Virus record (IMG/VR): IMGVR_UViG_3300045988_047146
DNA length: 36,039 nt
Source: a virus
Strand: one strand, 5' to 3'
A model generated the notes under the pieces. The model was not told the DNA's origin and searched no databases. It saw nothing but the letters and a program-made list of their open reading frames with translations. Positions 1-6,692 of the stretch are shown piece after piece (the first letter of the stretch is position 1; each line of letters begins with the position of its first letter). The translations under genes were made by a program, and so were the position numbers.

Positions 1-85
1 AATATCGAGGCGTGGCTCAGCTTGGTAGAGCGCTACATTAGGGATGTAGAGGTCGCAGGTTCAAATCCTGTCGCCTCGATTTTTA
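1..85 (+). repeat. Left copy of the direct repeat (candidate attL); full extent not visible
   Basis: Bases 1-85 are identical to 35955-36039. The copy starts at the window edge, so its true length is unknown. Confidence 0.8.
6..79 (+). tRNA. tRNA, probably tRNA-Pro (anticodon reads AGG in the canonical fold)
   Basis: 7-bp acceptor stem CGAGGCG/CGCCTCG, with C1:G72 as in bacterial tRNA-Pro. D-arm GCTCAGCTTGGTAGAGC, anticodon stem CTACA/TGTAG with loop TTAGGGA (G35 G36 G37), T-arm GCAGG-TTCAAAT-CCTGT. No encoded CCA. A34 is unusual and should be confirmed with tRNAscan-SE. Confidence 0.75.
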
Positions 86-156
86 TAAAAAATTCTTTCG
101 GAAACTTTTGAAAGATGAAAAAGTCAAGACTAAATTGCAAAAATTCATAAAAAAAT

Positions 157-1197
157 TCAAGTAAGACACGCGACGCCTTCCTGGAAAACGGCTTCTGCGG
201 TCCGGAAGCCCAGTATTTCACGGGGATAGTTATTGATCCAGTCTTCGACCTTTTGGATCGCTTTCGCTGTGACTTTCCGGAAGTCTGTTCCTTTCGGGAA
301 CCAACGGCGGATCATTCTATTCACATTTTCGTTTGATCCTCTTTCGTATGACGAATAGGGGTGACAATAGTATATCTTTGTCCTGTTGCCTTTGCGGCGA
401 CAGGACTTTTCCATTCCGGCACAGTCAGCGAATTCGGAACCGTTATCGACAGTGATCGTTCGAAAGATTTTGCTGAAATTTGCGCCGTATTCACGTTCAA
501 GGCTATCCAGGACGCGGACCACGCTTCGGGCGGTCTGGTCGCGCATAGGACGAATGATTTCCCGTCTGGACTTTCTTTCGGTCAGAACCAGAAGTGTTTT
601 CTTTGTTTTCTTCTTGCCTTCGACACAGTCCATTTCCCAGTCACCAACGACCGCGCGATCGTCGATTTCTTTCGGGCGGTTTTCGATACTGGTTCCAGCC
701 GGCGGCCGCTTCGCCCTCTTGACTTTGTTATACGGGCGTTTCTTTTGGCCTTTGACAGGAAGGTTCTTGTTCGTGACAGTCAAAAAGACGCCCTTGTCGA
801 TATAAGAATACAAGGTCGATTCACAGATCGACGTTTTGAATTCAAGGCCCTGTTCCTTAATTTCACCCAAGACGGCGGCCGGCGAATAACCGTCTTCGGC
901 GATTTTCTTTTCGATATGCTGGGCCAGTTCGTGGTCGTTCCCGATTTTCAAGTCCGGACCTTTTGCGGCCAGGTGTTCACGGTAAGCCGCTTCGGCCATT
1001 TCCGGACTGTATCTTTCTTCTTCGGTCAGGTCGGAATTCGTATGAATATAACGGCCACGCTTGATTTCGTTGTAGATCGTTTTCAGGTGAACGCCGATTT
1101 CGTCAGCGATTTCCTGTTTGTGGCGCTTGTCCTTTAACATTGTTTCTATTTTCAGCCTGTCAGTCCAGGACAGGTGTTTGAATCTGCGCTTTTTCAT
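157..1197 (-). CDS. IS30-family DDE transposase
   Basis: 346 aa with an N-terminal HTH, the DNGSEF motif and the C-terminal signature YYCHPYSSYERGSNENVNRMIRRWFPKGTDF typical of IS30 transposases. ATG start at 1197 with an AGGAGG ribosome-binding site. Confidence 0.85.
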   Translation of the reverse strand: MKKRRFKHLSWTDRLKIETMLKDKRHKQEIADEIGVHLKTIYNEIKRGRYIHTNSDLTEEERYSPEMAEAAYREHLAAKGPDLKIGNDHELAQHIEKKIAEDGYSPAAVLGEIKEQGLEFKTSICESTLYSYIDKGVFLTVTNKNLPVKGQKKRPYNKVKRAKRPPAGTSIENRPKEIDDRAVVGDWEMDCVEGKKKTKKTLLVLTERKSRREIIRPMRDQTARSVVRVLDSLEREYGANFSKIFRTITVDNGSEFADCAGMEKSCRRKGNRTKIYYCHPYSSYERGSNENVNRMIRRWFPKGTDFRKVTAKAIQKVEDWINNYPREILGFRTAEAVFQEGVACLT

Positions 1198-1217
1198 TTT
1201 GATTCCTCCTGATATGC

Positions 1218-1247
1218 AAAAAAGCCCCGTCCGTTCATGGACAGGGC
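1218..1247 (-). terminator. Rho-independent terminator downstream of the RHH gene
   Basis: Hairpin GCCCCGTCC-GTTCAT-GGACAGGGC (1224-1247) followed on the minus strand by a T6 run. It also reads as a hairpin plus TTTCGTTTT on the plus strand. Confidence 0.55.
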
Positions 1248-1254
1248 TTTCGTT

Positions 1255-1440
1255 TTATTGTTTGGTTGTGCGGGCGATATATTCGACCAGTGCTTCTTTG
1301 ATAAAAGCGTTTACACTCATACCGGCCGCGCTGGCGGCTTGAACGATCTTTTCTCTGTCGCCTTTTGGAACTGTTATTTCGATTCGGTCATAGGATTTCT
1401 TTCGGAAGCGTTTGTTCGCTTCAATTTGCGCTTGTGCCAT
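1255..1440 (-). CDS. Ribbon-helix-helix (CopG/Arc-like) DNA-binding protein
   Basis: 61 aa. A basic N-terminal strand (KKSYDRIEITVPKGDREKI) followed by two helices gives the RHH pattern. Preceded by a consensus promoter and a palindromic operator. Confidence 0.6.
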   Translation of the reverse strand: MAQAQIEANKRFRKKSYDRIEITVPKGDREKIVQAASAAGMSVNAFIKEALVEYIARTTKQ

Positions 1441-1466
1441 AGTGTAGTCACCTCTTTCTGTCGAAT

Positions 1467-1495
1467 ATTATATAATACCGGTATTATATTGTCAA
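1467..1495 (-). promoter_or_regulatory. Consensus sigma-70 promoter (TTGACA-17-TATAAT) with an embedded 20-bp perfect palindrome
   Basis: Minus-sense TTGACA (1490-1495), a 17-bp spacer, TATAAT (1467-1472). The perfect palindrome ATATAATACCGGTATTATAT (1470-1489) covers the spacer and the -10. The ribosome-binding site AGAGGTGA precedes the ATG at 1440. Confidence 0.6.
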
Positions 1496-1504
1496 GGGGG
1501 GAAC

Positions 1505-1543
1505 AAAAAAATAAAAGACCCTGGCGGTTCAAAGGTTCGCCAG
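1505..1543 (-). terminator. Rho-independent terminator after the XRE repressor gene
   Basis: Hairpin CTGGCG-GTTCAAAGGTT-CGCCAG (1521-1543) followed on the minus strand by TCTTTTATTTTTTT. Confidence 0.6.
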
Positions 1544-1555
1544 TGGTCCGTTGTG

Positions 1556-1804
1556 TTATTCGCAGTCTTCGGACAGTAACCAGTCGACGGTTACGTCCAG
1601 GATTTCAGCTATTATCATAAGTTCATAGTCGGCGACGAAGCGCGTTCCGATTTCGATTCTGCTGACGCTGTCGCGCTCCATAGTGATTCCGGCTATTTGT
1701 AGTTTGGCGGCGAAGTCGGCCTGTGACAGCCGCTTCTTCAATCGTGCTTCGCGGATTCTGTTTCCGCTGATGTTCTTCCGGCCTTTATAGTCATAGATTT
1801 TCAA
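1556..1804 (-). CDS. XRE-family HTH transcriptional regulator (phage repressor or Cro-like)
   Basis: 82 aa. HTH_3 signature LSQADFAAKLQIAGITMERDSVSRIEIGTR. TTG start with ribosome-binding site GGAAGGAGG. Divergent from the gene at 1934. Confidence 0.75.
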   Translation of the reverse strand: MKIYDYKGRKNISGNRIREARLKKRLSQADFAAKLQIAGITMERDSVSRIEIGTRFVADYELMIIAEILDVTVDWLLSEDCE

Positions 1805-1829
1805 GTTGTGACCTCCTTCCCGAAAATTT

Positions 1830-1889
1830 TGTGTTAATGTTCAGCGTCATTCTTGTTTTTAACACATTTTTCACGTATAATTGTGTTAA
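1830..1889. promoter_or_regulatory. Divergent promoter/operator region with three copies of TGTGTTAA
   Basis: TGTGTTAA at 1830-1837 and 1882-1889, and the inverted copy TTAACACA at 1859-1866. The plus-strand promoter TTGTTT (1853-1858), 17 bp, TATAAT (1876-1881) overlaps these sites. Confidence 0.5.
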
Positions 1890-1933
1890 AGGTCAGAACC
1901 TTATAAAGTTTACAAGTAGGAAGGGGGGATATA

Positions 1934-2593
1934 ATGCGAATAGTCGCTATTATATTCGGAATCCTGGCCGCGATTGTCGATCTGATCCTGGTGATTGTGT
2001 CGATCGCGGTTCCGGAAGTATCATTGTGGGGCTGGATCGTCGTCTTGACCATTGTCACCGTTGGGCTTTTTTTCAGTGCGAACAAGGTCAAGAAGCAGAA
2101 GGAAGCCAGACAGGCGGCACAAGTGGCCAGAAACACGCCGTTCATGGAAGAAACCGCGATTTCAGCGATCGCACAGGGCGAACTTCCTGTTGTAACGGGG
2201 ACGCCGGTTCTTTTGGAAGAAGGCGAAGTCGCCCATTATTACGCGCCGGCGACGAAGATCGTCACGAAGAACAAGGCTGTCGGCCGAACCGGAAGCGGTG
2301 CTGGCGTCCGTGTCCGCGTTGCGAAGGGCGTGTCGGTAAGCACTGGCGGCGGTTCCAGTCGGACGGTTTACGGCGAAGTGACAGAAACCTATTCAGGCGC
2401 TATCGTTTTAACGAATAGGCGGATCGTCTTCATTCATAACCAGGCCGGTTTCGAATGTAAGATTTCAGCATTGACAGCGGTGACACCTGTCGACGGCTCT
2501 GTCGTCGTACAGGCCGGATCGAAGACATATCAGTTTTCAGTCGCGCGACAGGACCTTTTCGTGTCGGCTCTTTCAATGGTCACCGGAAAATAA
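1934..2593 (+). CDS. Membrane-anchored protein with a C-terminal bacterial PH-like domain (possible superinfection-exclusion or lysogen-expressed gene)
   Basis: 219 aa. Two N-terminal transmembrane helices, a lysine-rich linker and a C-terminal beta-rich domain. Strong ribosome-binding site GGAAGGGGGG. Only plus-strand gene, transcribed divergently from the repressor. Confidence 0.55.
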   Translation: MRIVAIIFGILAAIVDLILVIVSIAVPEVSLWGWIVVLTIVTVGLFFSANKVKKQKEARQAAQVARNTPFMEETAISAIAQGELPVVTGTPVLLEEGEVAHYYAPATKIVTKNKAVGRTGSGAGVRVRVAKGVSVSTGGGSSRTVYGEVTETYSGAIVLTNRRIVFIHNQAGFECKISALTAVTPVDGSVVVQAGSKTYQFSVARQDLFVSALSMVTGK

Positions 2594-2635
2594 AAAAAGG
2601 CGGTCAGGGAATATCCCTGGCCGCTTTCCTTTTGC
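2591..2635. terminator. Bidirectional Rho-independent terminator
   Basis: Hairpin GGCGGTCAGGG-AATAT-CCCTGGCCGC flanked by A-runs and T-runs on both strands, between the convergent genes 1934-2593 and 2638-3558. Confidence 0.6.
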
Positions 2636-2637
2636 CG

Positions 2638-3558
2638 CTATGCTTTTTTCAGGTTTGCCGCATTGACGGCCGCTGTGACTGTCTTTCCGATACCAATGAC
2701 CACACGGTCGCCGTCGGCTTCGATCACGTCATATTTGTCATAATAGGTCTTGAAGGCTTTCCCTGTGTAGGTGACAGCTTTCAGGACCTTTACTTTATCA
2801 CCCTTCTTGAAAGACTGGGCGGCCTGGGTGTCTGCCGGAATTTTGATTTTCTGGCCGACGCGGATCAGGTTCGCGTTTGCGATCCTGTTATAAGCCGCGA
2901 TCTTCTGATAGGTCGTCCCGTACTTCTGGGCGATCTTCGACAGTGTTTCGCCAGCTTTGACAGTGTGGATCACTTCGCCAGTGGCCGGTTTATTCTCTGC
3001 CGGCTTTTCGGCACTGGCTCCCAGGCGGCGGTTGACTTCGGCCGCGATTTCACCGTGGCGCTTATACAGGTAGTCGCCAGGACAAGCCTTGTTTGCATAA
3101 TCGCGGTGAACGGTCATATTGCACCCGTTCAGGTGATTCATACGGTCCTTTTTGTTGGTGGACCACACAAGGCGTTTGATCCCGTTTCGCTTGCAGATGT
3201 CAGTCACCAGGTCAAGAAGCGCGGCGAACGCCTTTTCATTGACTGCGTAAGGGTGCTTTGTATCGGACGCGACTTCGATCGTGATCGCTCTGTTATCGTT
3301 GGACGCGGAAGAACTACACCAGGAACGGTCCTTTTCTTCCACATACATTCCGATTTTGCCGTCGTAGCCGATCCCATAGTTTGAAGACGCCTGTCTGGAA
3401 GTTGGCGCGAAGATGTTCCCCAGGGTTTCGACCGAACACTGGCCGACGACACAGTGAATCGTGATCGTGTCGATCGCGTGATTTCTGGGGCTGTTCTTGT
3501 TCGGGGAAATGCGCGTATAGTTTACAAGTTTGCTGTTACTCATTTTCGTTCCCTCCAT
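2638..3558 (-). CDS. Endolysin: N-acetylmuramoyl-L-alanine amidase (Amidase_2/PGRP) with LysM and a C-terminal binding domain
   Basis: 306 aa. An amidase_2-like N-terminal half, a LysM motif ([28 protein letters not shown]) and a C-terminal SH3-like segment. Confidence 0.85.
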   Translation of the reverse strand: MEGTKMSNSKLVNYTRISPNKNSPRNHAIDTITIHCVVGQCSVETLGNIFAPTSRQASSNYGIGYDGKIGMYVEEKDRSWCSSSASNDNRAITIEVASDTKHPYAVNEKAFAALLDLVTDICKRNGIKRLVWSTNKKDRMNHLNGCNMTVHRDYANKACPGDYLYKRHGEIAAEVNRRLGASAEKPAENKPATGEVIHTVKAGETLSKIAQKYGTTYQKIAAYNRIANANLIRVGQKIKIPADTQAAQSFKKGDKVKVLKAVTYTGKAFKTYYDKYDVIEADGDRVVIGIGKTVTAAVNAANLKKA

Positions 3559-4000
3559 TTCCGGCCATGAAGCCGATCTGGACCTTTCCGGCGTTGGTTA
3601 CTTCCGGCTCCGGTACGTTTTCCACATTTTCCACGGAACCGGTGTTCAAAATAGCAACGAACTTCGTGAAGGCTTCCTTGATGTATTTACAGGACACAAG
3701 CAGAACGGCGCCAATGATGACCAGGTCGGCGAAAATGTCCGTGTATTCGTCAGGAATAGTCCAGCCGACTTCGTTTGCAAAAATCGGAAGTGCAGTAATA
3801 GCCGTACACAGAAGCGTCAGGCCAACGACGAAAACAAGGATTTTCAAGCCGCTTGCGATCAGCTTTTCGCGGTCGAAGTCTTCCTTCCTGATTTTGATGT
3901 TGTACCACAGGGAAAAGGCGACGTTTGCCAGGTATGCACACAGGAAGATCAGCATAGCCCAGCCGATATTTGTCAGGTTTTCAAGTAATGCGTTAAACAC
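3536..4000 (-). CDS. Holin
   Basis: 154 aa with multiple transmembrane helices and a charged C-terminus. Overlaps the endolysin start. Confidence 0.7.
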   Translation of the reverse strand: MFNALLENLTNIGWAMLIFLCAYLANVAFSLWYNIKIRKEDFDREKLIASGLKILVFVVGLTLLCTAITALPIFANEVGWTIPDEYTDIFADLVIIGAVLLVSCKYIKEAFTKFVAILNTGSVENVENVPEPEVTNAGKVQIGFMAGNGGNENE

Positions 4001-4002
4001 GT

Positions 4003-4266
4003 TTATACCTCCTTCGTGTCATTGTAGATTTCAGGACCATATAATTTCCGAAGTTTGATCCGGTTTTCGGCCTTCGCTTTGCTGAAATAGAAGCCGGTCG
4101 CGGTGGCCAGTTCACCGAAGACCGAAGGGATCAAATACGCCAGGGGCGCGGTGTCGCTTGTTTTCCATACAACGGCCATAGTAAAAGCCGACACGACAAG
4201 CGTGACGGCTCCGACTATGGTTATAATGATTTTGGAAAACTCGCGTTTCTTTTTGCGCGATTTCAC
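4003..4266 (-). CDS. Small membrane protein, holin-like (XhlB-like)
   Basis: 87 aa, two transmembrane segments. Lies between XhlA and the holin, as in the PBSX lysis cassette. Confidence 0.55.
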   Translation of the reverse strand: MKSRKKKREFSKIIITIVGAVTLVVSAFTMAVVWKTSDTAPLAYLIPSVFGELATATGFYFSKAKAENRIKLRKLYGPEIYNDTKEV

Positions 4267-4499
4267 CGGTTTTCCAGGTCCTCTATACGGTGATTCGCGA
4301 CCTTGATTTTTTCTTCAATAACGGCCGCCTGTTCTTCCAGTTTGAAGGTTCGTTCCACGACGGAATTGTGTTTGTCGACCTTCTTTTCAAGAAGTTCCAG
4401 ACGGTAGGCAATAAGGGCGGAACTTTTTCGGTTTGCGAAGTAGGTTCCGGCCAGTGTACCGATCAGCGACAGAATGCCGACAATGATTCCTTCGGTCAT
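4263..4499 (-). CDS. xhlA: XhlA-family cell-lysis (hemolysin-like) protein
   Basis: 78 aa with an N-terminal transmembrane helix and a C-terminal coiled coil. Sits upstream of the holin/amidase module. Confidence 0.65.
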   Translation of the reverse strand: MTEGIIVGILSLIGTLAGTYFANRKSSALIAYRLELLEKKVDKHNSVVERTFKLEEQAAVIEEKIKVANHRIEDLENR

Positions 4500-4966
4500 T
4501 TTGTCACCTCCGTCCAGCCATAGACGCCAGGCTCCCAGACGTTCGCGTCAATGTTAGATGTCCAGTGTTTCCCGTTGTGGGACACTTTGTCGCCGCTGTT
4601 ATAAGCGTCATGGGCGCCGATCGGCTGGGACCAGGCCGGCCATTCTTCCGTCGGATCACCGATTTTCTTCCAAAGGGAAGCGGTGGCGTCAGGCGTCCAG
4701 TCGGCTTGTGAAGTGTGGGCCTGAACACAGCGGAAAAGTTCACCGTTATACTGGCGGATATTGCCGACAGCATACGCCACAGGGTAAGCCCAGGACGCGA
4801 ACTGGCTGACGTTTTCCGTTGCGGTTGTGTCGTCGATCTGGCCGGCTTCGGCCAAAGTGACGAAGGCGATCGAAGTCGCGCGCAAGGCGGCATTGACAGG
4901 ATTTTGTTCTTCCTGGGCTTTTGCCTGGGCCATGCTCACGCTTTCGCATTGTGTAGGGTCAAACAT
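4496..4966 (-). CDS. Protein with tandem CBM5/12-like carbohydrate-binding repeats
   Basis: The start was moved to M47 (MFDPTQ), which has an AGGAGG ribosome-binding site. The upstream extension of the ORF is Arg-rich, out of character and likely spurious. Two repeats of the form YxxGxxVxYNGxxYxCxQAHTSQxxWTP...W (for example WSQPIGAHDAYNSGDKVSHNGKHWTSNIDANVWEPGVYGW). Confidence 0.6.
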   Translation of the reverse strand: MFDPTQCESVSMAQAKAQEEQNPVNAALRATSIAFVTLAEAGQIDDTTATENVSQFASWAYPVAYAVGNIRQYNGELFRCVQAHTSQADWTPDATASLWKKIGDPTEEWPAWSQPIGAHDAYNSGDKVSHNGKHWTSNIDANVWEPGVYGWTEVTK

Positions 4967-4985
4967 TTCGAATTCCTCCTTTCGT

Positions 4986-6692
4986 TTAGGCGAAACGGAT
5001 CGTCGCCTGGGTGATTTCGATTTCCTGGGTTCCCTTCGTGATATAGAAGCGATAGCCCAGGCCATAGCCTTTCGCGGCGGTCGTATTCGTGAAGACGTGG
5101 ACAAGTCTGTTCGCCTTGTCAGTGATGTCTACCCACACCGGCGAAGTGTCGAACGGGTTGTTCGTGACTTCCAGGTGAAGGGTTGCGTCTGCCGGAATCG
5201 TCGCCGGATAAAGGGAAACAAAGACCTTCTGAACCAGGGCGTCCGTATTGAACGCGCGCGCCGCCGCGATACGGCTGACGGTGCGGCTGAATGTGATCTT
5301 TCGCGTTGCGCTTCCGCCGGCGCTGTCGGTGGCCGTGATCGTCAGGACGTGGGTTCCGGAAAGAAGCGGAAGCCATACACTGGACAGGTTGACGGTATTC
5401 TGGGCGCCGCTGGTCGCGGTATAGGTGCGAAGCGTGATCGTCTGGGTTCCGTTGGTCAGTTTTTCCGTGACCGTGATCGTTTGCGTGGCCGCCTGGGCGT
5501 CTGTGACCGTGTACTGGTATGTAAACGGCGCTGTTTTTGCGCCCAGGTTTTGATCCGAACCGCTGATCATGGGCGGCGTGTTGTAGGAAATGGTTTTTGC
5601 CGATCCGGTGCAGTAACCGGATTCAAGGCCGTTCGCGTCGACTGCCTTCACGCGCGCCGTGTAAGTTGTGCCGGACGTCGGAACTGTGTCGGTGAAGGTC
5701 TTTGCCGTGGTGATCCCTAACTGGACATAAGCGCCGGAATCAATCTTCCTTTCCCAGACGTAGGAAATGGCGTCGCCCTCCGGATCGGTAGAACCGCCCG
5801 TCGAAAGAACCAGGCTGTTTCCGGCTTGCGGTGTGCCGTAGGAAATAGAAGAAGGATCAGACGGCGGCTGGTTCCACTGTAAGATATAGGCCCCGTCGGT
5901 GTCTGTTGAATCGGATACCAGATTCCCAGATTCCAAATACAAAGCCGGCCGAACGCCACGGTTGCCAAAGCACGCGTAGTCGTTGTACAGACTGCCGTCC
6001 GAGTAGACAATGCGCGCATAGCACGCGTTGCCGGCGTACGGGGTTCTAAGCCACCAATACCAATAAGAAGACGCGTTCAAGCTGGAATTTGTATATTCCG
6101 AATTGCTGACGGCTTCGGCGGTCGGGTAGCACTGGCGGCGCGCGGCGCTGGAAAAGTAGGACCACAGGGCCCCTTCGGCCACGCTATTTTCGTTGGACAG
6201 GCCGACTTCGGTATTTGACAGAAGAAAGACCTTTCGGGTAATGTCTTCATAACCGCCGCCGTCGGTGACGGTATTCTTTGCGACACGGATCACGGCGTCC
6301 AGGATAGCTTTTCGGAAGTCTGCTTCGAAGTTAGACAGGAATCCGGCTTCGGTGTCGTATTCGTTGTAGTTGCTCCACACGTTGGCGTTATTCGGTGGTG
6401 CGTCGTAGCTGTGACGCGCGGAATACCAGGACGCGGCCTGGCTGTTCAACCACTGGTCAATATTAGACTGGGAATAGCGGTTGTTTCCGTAGCTTCGGCG
6501 GTCACCGTTCGTGTTCGAAGGCTCCTTCGCGTCGAAGCATTTCAGAGTGATCATTTTCTCGGTCACCAGGCCCGTTCGGCCGTTGGCTGTGTCCTGGGTT
6601 CCCACGATCCACCTGATCACTTTCCCGTTGTATTTCGTGTTCGTCGACTTGACAACGCTTCCAACGGGCAAAGCGGATAGTAATTTTGCCAT
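4986..6692 (-). CDS. DGR target 1: putative receptor-binding/tail-fiber-like protein carrying VR1
   Basis: 568 aa. An N-terminal domain of about 255 aa ends in WYWWLRTPYAGNACYARIVYSDGSLYNDYACFGNRGVRPAL, which is encoded by VR1. This is followed by Ig-like, Thr/Ser-rich beta repeats. ATG at 6692 with ribosome-binding site GGAGGG. Overlaps the RT 3' end by 190 bp. Confidence 0.8.
   Translation of the reverse strand: MAKLLSALPVGSVVKSTNTKYNGKVIRWIVGTQDTANGRTGLVTEKMITLKCFDAKEPSNTNGDRRSYGNNRYSQSNIDQWLNSQAASWYSARHSYDAPPNNANVWSNYNEYDTEAGFLSNFEADFRKAILDAVIRVAKNTVTDGGGYEDITRKVFLLSNTEVGLSNENSVAEGALWSYFSSAARRQCYPTAEAVSNSEYTNSSLNASSYWYWWLRTPYAGNACYARIVYSDGSLYNDYACFGNRGVRPALYLESGNLVSDSTDTDGAYILQWNQPPSDPSSISYGTPQAGNSLVLSTGGSTDPEGDAISYVWERKIDSGAYVQLGITTAKTFTDTVPTSGTTYTARVKAVDANGLESGYCTGSAKTISYNTPPMISGSDQNLGAKTAPFTYQYTVTDAQAATQTITVTEKLTNGTQTITLRTYTATSGAQNTVNLSSVWLPLLSGTHVLTITATDSAGGSATRKITFSRTVSRIAAARAFNTDALVQKVFVSLYPATIPADATLHLEVTNNPFDTSPVWVDITDKANRLVHVFTNTTAAKGYGLGYRFYITKGTQEIEITQATIRFA
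5941..6044 (-). repeat. DGR variable repeat VR1
   Basis: 104 bp, ungapped against the TR at 7927-8030, with 14 mismatches. Every mismatch falls at a TR plus-strand T, which is an A on the coding strand. In the protein, Asn codons of the TR appear as Y/C/I/S/D/F/R. Confidence 0.85.

Noticed and set aside
33-221. 62-aa minus-strand ORF overlapping the tRNA
   Set aside because: It overlaps a structural RNA gene and the 3' end of the transposase. No ribosome-binding site.
361-1137. Plus-strand ORFs of 258 aa and 139 aa inside the transposase gene
   Set aside because: They lie antisense to a strongly supported IS30 transposase gene. They have low-complexity Phe/Arg-rich translations and no ribosome-binding site.
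4967-5104. N-terminal 46-aa Arg-rich extension of ORF 4496-5104
   Set aside because: The composition is unlike the rest of the protein. A strong AGGAGG ribosome-binding site precedes the internal ATG at 4966.
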